33,938 nt of DNA from Octopus sinensis (GCF_006345805.1 NW_021831937.1:1-33938); one strand, 5' to 3'; counted from the stretch's first letter, positions 13,385 through 25,165 are shown. The notes: generated from the letters alone by a model not told the origin. Program-made: numbers and translations.

Positions 13385-13450
13385 TTTTATGTTTATGTTT
13401 ACGTTTTCCAGTTTCAGCTCTTGAGCTGTGGCCATGCTGAGGCACCGCCA
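13385..13450 (-). mobile_element. About 60-nt retroposed 3' tail fragment, second copy
   Basis: ttttccagtttcagctcttgagctgtggccatgctg(a/t)ggcaccgccatt is shared with 7136-7183. Confidence 0.75.
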
Positions 13451-13558
13451 TTATTTTGTTAATTTTTTTATAAAAAAATAAACAAAAGCAAATTACAAAA
13501 TACAAAATGGCTGACCGTTAGTAAGGAGAGACACACAAATAAGAAAGAAGAAAGCAAA

Positions 13559-13602
13559 GGACCACTGATGAGGTCACAGAAGTGTGACGAAAAACTCTGG
13601 CC
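13559..13602 (+). ncRNA. Minimal type-I hammerhead ribozyme motif (Penelope-like element type)
   Basis: CTGATGA (13565-13571), one extra G, perfect stem II GTCACA-GAAG-TGTGAC (13573-13588), GAAA (13589-13592), vestigial stem III, CUC triplet (13595-13597), and stem I GGACCA/TGGCC (5 bp with one bulge). Confidence 0.7.
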
Positions 13603-13725
13603 GAAATAGGATTAAGATCAATGTAAAAAATAAATAACACTGAAACAAATTAACACCAAATATATAGTGCGTGTGTTTTTATTGGCTAAATTTTTTTAAT
13701 ATTCTTATTAACAAAAATCTGTCCT

Positions 13726-13760
<35 letters not shown>

Positions 13761-13763
<3 letters not shown>

Positions 13764-13805
13764 GGTGCGTAAGATATTTGAGGACAGATTTATGTTTATA
13801 AAAAA
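13761..13805 (+). mobile_element. Probable Tc1/mariner terminal inverted repeat end
   Basis: Begins TA|CAGGGTG immediately after a (TA)n tract, a common Tc1/mariner terminus; inverted partner at 13701-13727. Confidence 0.45.
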
Positions 13806-14584
13806 ACAGATACAAAATTACGAAGGATACATCTTCCCACCGATGGGTTTTGCACGTATATCACATGCACACACATACACATACATACGTGCACACACAG
13901 ATATATTTATATATACACACACATACATATTCGCTTATTATTCGCTCATTGTTTCTGTTGTAACGAGTTGACTCCCACATTTTGCACTTTAACTTCTTTA
14001 GTCTACGCGATTTGATGAAGTTTCGCTAAACTGCCATTACCCAGTACTATGTACATACATGCATACCTGCATACTTACACATTGACACAAGCATACACGC
14101 ACCCCCACTACACACGCAGACACATTCATCAACACGCATATGTGTGTACATACCACTACATACAAAACTACGTACATTCGTACACATACACAAAGAAACA
14201 TACGTAACTATACACCTACGTACAGACATGCATAGATGTATAGATATAAAATTATTGATACTACATACATATATACCAGAACGATACACACATGTCGGTA
14301 GAACTACGAGTTCGTCGTCGCAGTCTGTTATCAATCAGGTGATACTGTGTTTAGTTATAAATTCATAAAATATTTGTATTTGATATATAGGTTGAAAACA
14401 GCCACAACACGATCGTTATAAGATCAAAGCAAATCATGGTATCGATATTTATAGTGTTTGTGATGTACAATTTCATAGCAATCTGATTCCCTACCGTATT
14501 GGTTGCAATTATTGAATTATATCTCTCGTACAAACAGAGTATTAGAAACATAACCCACCGGTACGAAGACGTATCCGTATATCA

Positions 14585-14627
<43 letters not shown>

Positions 14628-14631
14628 TGTG

Positions 14632-14730
<99 letters not shown>

Positions 14731-14768
14731 CATAAGTATATATATATGTATATATATATATACATAAG

Positions 14769-14861
<93 letters not shown>

Positions 14862-14880
14862 GTCTTATATATATATAGGG
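14585..14880. repeat. Long imperfect (TA)n microsatellite
   Basis: Direct reading. Confidence 0.95.
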
Positions 14881-15519
14881 AAAGAGAGAGAGAGAGACAC
14901 ACACACACATGCACATTAAATCTTTCGATTTATTATTGGTAATAACAACGATAGGTTCAAATTTAGCAGAGATTTGACAGATTCTTGGAGGAATCAATGC
15001 GTTAGCGGAAAGTACCAAGTGGGGAAATTTCAGTGGGGAATACGCATTGTTTCGTGTAGTTCTGTATAAACAATGATCTCAAGATGTGATAGTCATTGCT
15101 TTTGAAACATCTTTGATCTTAGATCTTTTCAGTTCTTCGTGCTTATCTGTTACTAAAGGAAAACAGCAACTACTAAGTTTACAGGTAATCTAAATTGCTG
15201 ATCATATCTTGCTAATAATAACTTTCTAATAATAATGTTCAATATATAATGTAGAGGAAACCCTTGCTAGTTTCATTCGATGTAGTACACGGCATATTTC
15301 TGTGTATTCGTCCTCTTAAAGGTGAGAAATAAATAAAACAGCTTCTCTGCAGTGCATGAAATCGGAGAATAGAAACAAGTGTTGTAAATAGTATAACCGA
15401 AAATACACTTTATGATGCTCAACCTTTTCAGTAATACATACTTCAGACTTTGGTATACTATTCTAACTGTTAAAGAGCAGTGGCACTGTCGATAGAAAAT
15501 GCTTTATTCTGCCGGTATT

Positions 15520-16127
15520 AAGACGGCGAGCTGGCAGAATCGCTAACATGCTGCACCAAATGCTTACCAGTATTTCGTCTGTCCTTACGTTCTGAGTTCA
15601 AATTCCGCTGAGGTCGACGTTGCTTTTCATCCATTTGGGGTCTATAAATTAAGTACCAGTTGCGCTCGATCTAATCGAGTGGCCCCCTCCCCACCAAATT
15701 TCGAGCTTTGTGCCTAGAGTAGAAAAGAATCGTTAGCACGCCGGGAGAAATGCTTACAAGTATTTTGTCTGCCGCTACGTTCTGAGTTCAAATTCCGCCG
15801 AGGTTGACTTTGCCTTTCATCCTTTCGGGGTGGGTAAATTAAGTACCAGTTACGTACTAGGATCAATGTAATCGACTTAATTCTTTTGTCTGTCCCCTCT
15901 ATGTTTAGCCCCTTGTGGGCAATAAAGAAATAAGAAACGTCAGCATGCCAGGCGAAATGCTTATCGCTATTCGCCTGTCTTTACGTTCTGAGTTCAAATT
16001 CTGCTGAGAGTAACTTTGCATTTCATCTTTTCGGGGTCGATAAATTAAGTACCAACTGCGTACTGGGCCGATGTAATCGAGTGGCTAAAAAAAAAAATTG
16101 GGCCTTGTGCCTAGAGTAGAAAAGAAG
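15520..16127 (+). mobile_element. SINE-II trimer (one head, three bodies)
   Basis: Head ggcgagcTGGCAGAATCG at 15525-15542; B box GAGTTCAAATTCC/T in each unit; units 15520-15730, 15731-15937 and 15938-16127. Confidence 0.92.
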
Positions 16128-16174
16128 ATAAATAGACGATTTTATTAATCCTAAGAATTCTTTACACATTATTG

Positions 16175-16302
16175 TACCGACCCAGGAAGAATTCAACCCG
16201 AAATTAACTTTAACGTAGTTTGAACTCAGAATGCAAATCTTACAGCGGAGTAAGAAACCGAATACAACAAGGAATGAAGTCGAACGCTCTAACGATTTTT
16301 CC
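16175..16302 (-). mobile_element. Degenerate SINE-II-related fragment, inverted relative to the trimer
   Basis: tttgaactcagaatg (16219-16233) is the reverse complement of the SINE-II B-box region; ctctaacgatt matches the A-box junction motif. Confidence 0.6.
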
Positions 16303-17089
16303 CTCCGTCGGCATTTGCTCTTAATATTAATATTGCTGATCTGATAGCTGGTTTTGTAATGTTTTGTTAGTTACCCCAGGAATCCATTGATATTAATGTT
16401 CCAGTTAGTTTGGTAGATTGGATCATTTATTTTTGTATTTGAACGAGGAATGCAAATAAAGTTTGCGCCGTTTATGTATGGAAGGGAAATCCTTCCTCGT
16501 TATGGTTGAGGAGTTTGATTAATTTTCTCATTCCATCTGGATCACATTTCAATGCTTAAGATCTTCGGCTTAATTTGATATCACACTGCGTCACAGAAGG
16601 AGAAGAGAGGAAGGAAAAAAAAAAGGGAAGAAAATAAAGAGAAAGAAGAAAGAAAAGGATCAACAAAACCACCAACAATAACTAACTTTAAATATATTTG
16701 CTAATATACGAATGTGTGTTTGATTTCTGTTTGTGCATGTGGACATGTTTGTGTTCACGTGTGGGTGTGCGCATCCTACATGCCAATACAAAATACGTAT
16801 ACAACTGTCTGCCTTCTCTGAAGCAATTTCCCCCACCTCCACTTCGTATTCGCTCCTTATCTATCTATCTATATATCTATCTATCTATCCATCCATCAGT
16901 CAGTCTGTCTGTCCGTCTGTCTGTCTCTTCCTCTCTCTCCCTCTCCCCCTCTCTCTTCCTCTCCCTCTCTCTCTCTCTCGCTATGTATATATGTATCTTT
17001 CTCTCCACATATGTATCATCACAATATCTCTCTCATTCTATGTAGATATTGCTTTCTTGTAATTTATGCACCTTCTGTATGATGTATAT

Positions 17090-17365
17090 ATATTTATGTA
17101 TGTATGTATGTATGTATATAATATATATGTAAATATATATATATATATATGTAAATATATATATATATATGTATATATATACATACGTACATATATATAT
17201 GTGTTATATATATATGTATGTATGTATCTATATATGTATATGTATGTATGTATCTATATATGTATATGTATTTATATATATATAATAATATATATATATA
17301 TATATTATATATACATATATATATGCTATATTCATATATATGTATATATATGTATAAGATGCATG

Positions 17366-17421
<56 letters not shown>

Positions 17422-17448
17422 CTATCTATCTATCTATATATAATATAT

Positions 17449-17510
<62 letters not shown>
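17090..17510. repeat. Compound (TA)n/(TATG)n/(TATC)n microsatellite
   Basis: Direct reading. Confidence 0.93.
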
Positions 17511-17511
<1 letters not shown>

Positions 17512-17710
17512 TTATTACTCCTTGAAGTACCTTCCCAAAGCCGTCCAACAGGCAAACTTGTTTTATTTCAATAAGTGAGTATTTGAGATGTAAAGATGTG
17601 TTATTTTCGGATCTTATTCATTTGTGATTAAATTAGAATGATGCGTCCCTCCTAGGCATGTAATGCATACACATATACATAAATATATATGCGTATATAT
17701 ATATATATAT

Positions 17711-17742
<32 letters not shown>

Positions 17743-18185
17743 AATTCTACATCAGTCTTTCTTTCTTTCTTTCTCTCTCCCTCTCTCCTTCTTTCAACCA
17801 ATTTCTATCATTCATCCTTTTAATATCCATCCAATAGATCCATGGTTTTTATTAGCAAAAGTCTTCCATTCCTCCACCATTTTTTCTCACATTAACGAAA
17901 GTTGTCTGACTGGCTGTGTAGCGATCCGTGCGTGGACGAGTGCATGGATATATGGACGGATGGATGGATGGATGCAATGCAGATATATCTGCTTACGGAG
18001 CTAATTGGATGGAATAGAGAGACGGATGGATCCACTGATGGATAGATTGACGGATATTGTGGGGACGAATACGTGGAGATTTAAATGGATTCTCAGATGC
18101 ATAGGTATATACGTGTAAATTTATATGCACATATGTAAGTCAGAGCGCGCGTGTGTGTGAGCGAGTGTGTGTGTGTGTGTGCTTG

Positions 18186-18223
<38 letters not shown>

Positions 18224-18231
18224 CATGTATA

Positions 18232-18400
18232 CAAGGGGGTGCTGAAGAGGTCCTCGATTTCGATAAAAGAAAATACAGGAGGATCATTTAATTATGATTT
18301 TTATTTAACATATTCCCCTCTGTTCACAGTGTTCATTCGGTTTTTTAAGCCCTGTAAAAGAACTCGGAATGTGGGGCCTCCACACATGCCTTCCGTGATG
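18232..18400 (-). mobile_element. Mariner-derived non-autonomous element (one TIR lost)
   Basis: Starts TA|CAAGGGGGTGCTGAAGAG. Minus strand 18327-18301 reads VNRGEYVK*, matching the typical mariner transposase C-terminus (G-E/D-Y-V-E/K-stop). Confidence 0.6.
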
Positions 18401-18708
18401 CACTGATGTATATATATATATATAGATATCATATATATGCATATATCCTTCGAAACGTAGAGTAGATGAAATCTTTAGCGACTGAAGAAGGGGTTTTTCT
18501 TTGTGTTAATTCTCCTGTACTCAATTGTTTTGCTGTTTTTAAAAAAATACCAGTTCCTTTGGTTGTGTCTATGTTTTCGTTTCTCATTGTGTTCGACGTC
18601 CTTTTGGTGTCCTGTACTCATATATGCGTGTATATGTACATGTAGAGGTAGGTACGTACATATATGTTTATATATATGCATATGTTTTATTTTATTTATT
18701 AATATATT

Positions 18709-18739
<31 letters not shown>

Positions 18740-18743
18740 CATA

Positions 18744-18977
18744 CAGGGTTGGCCAAAAGTCAACTGCCATTAATTCAAAACCATTTAATTCCAAGATTTC
18801 ATTTAAGTTTAACAACTGAATGACTTTAATAAAAACATCTAAGTATGAAACATCATGAAAACTGTTCAAACTGAAATCCTTCTTGAGCCACACATTTTTC
18901 CATTCAAGTCAATACAGAACTACAGATAACATTTATGGAATTTTGATTTACTGTCGGGTGACTTTTGGCCAACCCTG
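18744..18977 (-). mobile_element. Tc1/mariner MITE (234 bp), internally deleted
   Basis: Perfect 19-bp TIR CAGGGTTGGCCAAAAGTCA at both ends (imperfect to about 45 bp), TA on both flanks. The minus strand retains EKCVAQEGFQFEQFS*, resembling the C..EG.HFEQ transposase C-terminus. Confidence 0.93.
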
Positions 18978-18988
18978 TATATATGTAT

Positions 18989-19305
18989 GACTTATTCTTT
19001 GTAAGACTAGTACTTGTTCTATCGGTTTCTTTAGTCGAACCGCTAAGTCCGGGGACGTAATCACACCAACGTTGGTTGTGAAGCGATGGTGTGGGACAAA
19101 TATAGACACAGACACAGACACATACACATATACACACATATATATTCATATATACGACGGGTTTCTTTCAGTTTCCATCTACCAAATCCATTATCAAGGC
19201 TTTGGTCGGCCCGTGACTATAGTGAGAGACACTGGTCCAACGTGCCACGCAGCGAGACTTAACCTGGAACCATGTTATTGGTAAGCAAGCTACTTACCAC
19301 ACCGC
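18989..19305 (-). mobile_element. SINE-I copy lacking its 3' tail
   Basis: Colinear with 8200-8505 (gacttattctttgtaag ... ggtaagcaagctacttaccacac). Confidence 0.88.
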
Positions 19306-19309
19306 TAGT

Positions 19310-19400
19310 GCTCAACTGGTATTCATTCGAAATCTGCAAAATTCGAACTCAGAATGTAAAACAGATGAAATGCGAAGATATTATCTGAGCATGTTTTAAA
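19310..19400 (-). mobile_element. Degenerate SINE-II fragment
   Basis: caactggta and ttcgaactcagaatgtaaa match the SINE-II reverse complement. Confidence 0.5.
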
Positions 19401-19924
19401 ACGCGCCGAGAGCCTCCAATAACGGACAAGCTCTGAGCACATGGCGTACTCAAGTTAAAAATCGGTACATTTCATGAGAAATCACGAGAAAAGAGCAGAT
19501 GAAGTCGGATGCAAAAAGTGGTTGGTTGGAAAGATCGGTTTCGCCAACTCGCAAAAAGAAATACCACCGTCTTTGAATTGAGCAGTTATACCGAAGACTT
19601 TGGATAGATTCCATTGATTCTACACAATCTAGCCTTTCGAGTTTGGTCAGAGAGGACATAACTCTAATTCTCTTGTTTTTCCTTTTTGATTTTTTTTTTT
19701 CACCTTACATCTCTGAACGAAACTATTATTTGCTCATAACGATATACTGAGTACATTAAACAATGTGTGTGTGTGTGTGTGTGTATTCGCATAATATATG
19801 TGTATAATTATACACATATATATCATATATATGCATATATACATACATATATTTATGTATATATACATAGATATATATGTACATATACATATATGTACAT
19901 ATATATATATGTATATATATATGT

Positions 19925-19987
<63 letters not shown>

Positions 19988-20234
19988 ATATATGTACATA
20001 TATATATATACATGCATGTATATATAGATATATACATATGTATATGAATGCGGGTTGGGGAAATAGACAGATAGATACATAGATTGAATGATAGATAAAA
20101 ATTTTGATAGATACATCTATACATACGCACCTATATACATACGCACCAATATACATACACACCTATACACATACACGGATAGATTCCGGAGAACTGAGGA
20201 TCTATGAGAACCGTAGGCGCAGAGCAGCAAAAAT

Positions 20235-20267
<33 letters not shown>

Positions 20268-20881
20268 TATATATATTATAAATTTAATTGCTCATAAGCA
20301 CACACATATCTACACAGACATACATAGATATTTTTTCTAAAGAGAACATCTTTCCTTTAGAGACTGCTAAGTAATTGAAAAAGATCAAAGAATTGATATG
20401 TGGAAGATTGCTGGATATAATCGATTGATGAAAAATTGATAGGTTTTCCCTAGATTCTTCATCACATTTAACCAACCTGATACAATCGTTATATCTTACA
20501 TGACAGACATTACTAGCGCTGAGATGTCATATTTCTTCTCTTATTTCCAAATTACTCGCCCTCTCTATTAATACATGCGTGTGTGTGTGTGTGTTTGAAT
20601 ATGTGCGTACAAGTGACTTTTCATGAATGTATGTGTGTATGTGTATATCTTTATGTATGTGTGTATATGCATATATATATATATATATATATCCATAAAT
20701 GCATATACATGTATATGTATATACACGCAGACACACATAAGCGCGCGCACACACATACATACATATATACATACATACGTACGTACATACATACATGCAT
20801 ACATACATAAATACATAAATATGTGTATATATATATAAGTATATATATATATATGTATATACATATGCATGTATTTATACG

Positions 20882-20912
<31 letters not shown>

Positions 20913-21242
20913 GCATATATATATATATATATATGTGTTTGTGTGTGTGTGTGTGTGTGTGCGTACATGTACAGAGGCAAGCCTGTGTAGTAGAGTGGTT
21001 CACTACCATGTAGTTCAAGGATCGAATCCGTCGCTAGGCGTTTGCACACACACATCCATACGCGTTTATATTTCCATTTATATGCACATACGCATATATG
21101 CACACACAGACTCACACACACATACACGAATTGGATCATAGATGCGACTCATTTATTTTACTACCTGTATATGTGTGTAGACAATAAACTTAAGCAGCAA
21201 CAGTTCTGGATGGTTTCATCTGAAGAAAAGTAGAAACATATT

Positions 21243-21662
21243 ATTGTTTCCTACACTAGGTACGAGGTCCGAAAGTTTTGAGGTGTGGTCCAGTCGATCA
21301 CATCGACCCCTGTACGCGACTGGTACATCCGAATGGATGAAAGGCAAAATCAACCCCGACGGAATTTGAACTCAGAACGTAAACACAAGCGAAAAACCGC
21401 TAAGCATTTCGCCCGGCGTGCTAAATTTTCTTATTTTTTTATTGCCCACAAGAGTCTGAACATAAAAGGGAAAAATCAAGGACAGATAAAGGGATTAGGT
21501 CCATTACATTGACCCAAGTGCGTAACTGGTACTTAATTTATCGACTCCGGAAGGATGAAAGGCAAAGTCGACATCGGCGGAATTTGAACTCAGAACGTAA
21601 CGGCAGACGAAATACCGCTAAGCATTTCGCCCGGTGTGCTAACGTTTCTGCCATTTCGCCTT
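21243..21662 (-). mobile_element. SINE-II dimer (one head, two bodies)
   Basis: Units 21426-21662 (with head) and 21243-21425; both contain ggaatttgaactcagaacgt and taagcatttcgcccgg. Confidence 0.92.
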
Positions 21663-21734
21663 ATAAACAGACACACACACACACACAACACACACACACA
21701 CACACACACTCACACACACACACACACATACACA

Positions 21735-21870
21735 TGTATGAATGGCTGCTTGGTAAGAAGCTTGCTTTAACGCCACAGAGCTACGGGTTCAATCCTAGTG
21801 CATGGAACTTTCGTCAAATGTCTTCTGCTATCGCCTCGGGCCGACTAAAGGGTTGTGGGTGTGTTTGGTT
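21735..21870 (+). mobile_element. SINE-I 5' half
   Basis: A-box-like TGGCTGCTTGG (21743-21753), B box GGTTCAATCC (21786-21795), followed by aaatgtcttctgctatcgcctcgggccgactaaag. Confidence 0.75.
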
Positions 21871-22004
21871 ACTGGTTGTGAAGTCGTCGGGTTGGACAAT
21901 CACAAAGACTCAGGCGTGGACGTCCTCACACAGAGACGTGTGTGTCTGTGTTTGTGTGTGTGTGGCTGTATGTATGTGTGTATGCGTGCGTGTGTGTGTA
22001 TATA

Positions 22005-22175
22005 CAAGACGTGTTACCATTCAATTTCCGCCAACCAAATTCAATTACGGAACATTAATCGACCTGGGACAATAGCAGAAAAATTAAACAAGCTGAAGGA
22101 TCCCACAAAGGAACTGAACCCAAAACCACAGATTAACAAATCGAGCTTGTTAGTCACGCAGCCACGCAGCCATGC
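22005..22175 (-). mobile_element. Degenerate SINE-I 5' half
   Basis: tttccgccaaccaaattca...gaactgaacccaaaaccac...cacgcagccacg resembles 8375-8515. Confidence 0.6.
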
Positions 22176-22931
22176 ATGCACCAATAATAAACGAAACTTA
22201 TGCAAGACAAAAAAAAAATTATATATCGCTTAAAACCGTAAATTTTTCGATAAATTTTAGCAGAAATACCAAAATATACGTAGATGGAACAAAATACACG
22301 TCAGCAATTTTCAGTAGCAATTTATATACACAACAAAATATTTCTTTCCCTCTTGTAGAAGAGGTTATATTTAAGAAGATATTAGATTCGTTGTTGTAAT
22401 CGCTCTTTTCCTGTATTGAAATTCACATGGCAATTTTAAACATTTCTAAAATGTTAATATGACATTTCACTTAAAACTAAAGATAGAGCAATAAGGCCTA
22501 ATTTAGAAAAATAATGCAGACAAAGTGAGTTGAATTATGTAAATTATAGATATTTATATCAAATATCATTCGTAATTTTATTCGTATTAAAATTATTAAA
22601 ACGTTACGAAATATTTCTTTTAAATAAATCGCCTGTTTTATTTCTGGTGTGTATACGATGTTTGAACTACATAAAGATTTATAAACATATGATTTTAGCA
22701 TTCTGTGGAAATACAGTCATAATTATATACACATGAACACACCATATGCCTTGATGTTTCCCTGACACATGCAGGTAGAAATATAAATTATTCTTACACA
22801 CACGTATACGTATACATACGTGTACATATGTTTGTGTGTATGTGTATGGTTATATATATATGTAGAATCCCATATACACGCATATATGTATTTATATATA
22901 TGTGAACATATGTGTATATACATATGTGTAT

Positions 22932-22974
<43 letters not shown>

Positions 22975-23190
22975 AACAGATTTCTGTTTATACATTTATG
23001 CATATGTATATATATATATATTGTGTGTGTGTGTGTGTGTATATAAATACATATATATACATTCATCTATATTTATACATACATGTTTTCATATATATAT
23101 ATATATTCATCTATACATACATACATATATGTATATTCATCTCTCTTTATATATATATTCATTTTATATCTATATATAAATATACATATA

Positions 23191-23230
<40 letters not shown>

Positions 23231-23686
23231 TATATATATATATGGTGTGTGTGTGTGTGTGTGTGTGTGTAGTAACTTTTAGAACGTATTTACTTTTTCA
23301 ATTTCTCCCTGTTTCTGGCATATAAGTAAAAATGAATTACGTGTTTATTTACAATTCCAAACATTATTTTCGTTTCACGTATGCCTTCAATTATATATCA
23401 ACCAACATTAAAGAAGAAACCTATCACAATATATAAAAATAGATAATCAAATATAAAAGTATATACACCAAAATTTTGGAATCGAATTAGAAAAAGAGAG
23501 AATTTATAAGGGAATTTAGATGGAGAAATTAAATTGACCAAATGAACCACATGCAATATAAACAGAAGAAAGAACAATTCCTTTTAAAAGCAGACTAGGA
23601 AAAAAAAATGGACGTCCGTTGCATGAAGTATGTACGTCAGTGTATGAATATATATATATGTTTATGCATATATATATGTATACACG

Positions 23687-23736
<50 letters not shown>

Positions 23737-23874
23737 ATTTCAGAGGAATTATGGAGAAAATGAATCAGTAATAACAGAAGCAACATCATAGCTTGTGGAA
23801 GCTCTCCTAGAGATCAAACGCATGTGTAAGCACACACGTATGTATGTATATATATATATATATATATTATAATC

Positions 23875-23931
<57 letters not shown>

Positions 23932-23972
23932 AGTGTGCGTGAGTGTGTGTGTGTGTGAGTGTGCGTGAGTGT

Positions 23973-24004
<32 letters not shown>

Positions 24005-24204
24005 TTGTGTATGTGTGCATATGGATAAATAAGTAGGTAAATGAGAATGCATGTTTATAAATGTAGACGTATATGTCTGATCCAAGAGTTAAAATCGCAT
24101 ATATATATATATGGTTTTTCTCTAATAATAAATATTTATATTGGGAAATTTGATTTAATACGAATTTGAAATTTTCCCTGTAAGTTTGGAGTTATACTCC
24201 TTAA

Positions 24205-24251
24205 TATTTATTATTATTATTATTATTATTGTTATTATTATTATTATTATT

Positions 24252-24294
<43 letters not shown>

Positions 24295-24372
24295 TTGTTG
24301 TTGTTGTTGTTGTTGTTATTATTATTATTATTATTATTGTTATTACCATTATGATTATTATTATTATTATAT
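24205..24372. repeat. Compound (TTA)n-(TTG)n-(TTA)n repeat
   Basis: Direct reading; produces the poly-N, poly-V and poly-T ORFs. Confidence 0.95.
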
Positions 24373-24944
24373 ATATATACATGTGATGGTGCGTATACGC
24401 ACACAAAAGCACACATACGGGCGCTGGGATATGTAACGCACTACCTAAATACAAATCTTGAGAAATTAGGCTTCTCAAAACCAGAAAGGAGAAAGCTAAT
24501 TCGAAGACTACAGATCCGATCCATCACTGGAACTGTAAAAATATGTAAAACTTTTCAGAAGTTTATCATTTCAACATATATGAGCATTCAAGGTGTGCAA
24601 CTATATGCATGAGAATACATGAACAAAACGCACAAATCTGCATATACATATGTAGTAGATACATACATACAAGCATACATACATGCATACGAACATGTAT
24701 ACATACAAACAAAAATACCCAGCTGTTGATGTTGAAATTCCAATGAAGAGGTTCTTTCTCTAGTGAATAACGACATATAGACATACATGCATACGTACAT
24801 ATATTCATACATACATGCATATATATATAAATATAGATAGAGAAAGAGAGAGAGAGAAAGAGAGAGAGTCATAGATTGATAGATAGATAGATAGATAGAT
24901 AAAGAAAAAGATAGATAGATAGATAGGTAGATAGATAGATAGAT

Positions 24945-25151
24945 ATGTTTCTTTATTAGCCACACAGGGCTGCACACAGATAGAACAAATTACAAGGTAG
25001 AGCTTTTCTTTTGAAGGTTTAAAAAAAAAAAAGGAAGGGGGAGTTTCGATCAAAAGGGATCGTAAAAGGAGAGAAAGAGGACAAAAAAATGGGGGGTTAA
25101 AAAAAAGGGGGAGAGGAAAAAAAAAATTTGATCAATAGGGATCGTTATCAC
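24945..25151 (-). mobile_element. Probable 3' end of a poly(A)-signal-bearing retroelement embedded in (GATA)n
   Basis: Non-repetitive block between two (GATA)n tracts; minus-strand AATAAA at 24952-24957 just before the junction; internal duplicated motif gatcaa(a/t)agggatcgt. Confidence 0.45.
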
Positions 25152-25165
25152 AGATAGATAGATAA

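Noticed and set aside
18445-18500. GAAACGTA ... CTGAAGAAGGG as a permuted hammerhead
   Set aside because: The only available stem II pairing would consume core nucleotides, and no stem I is evident.
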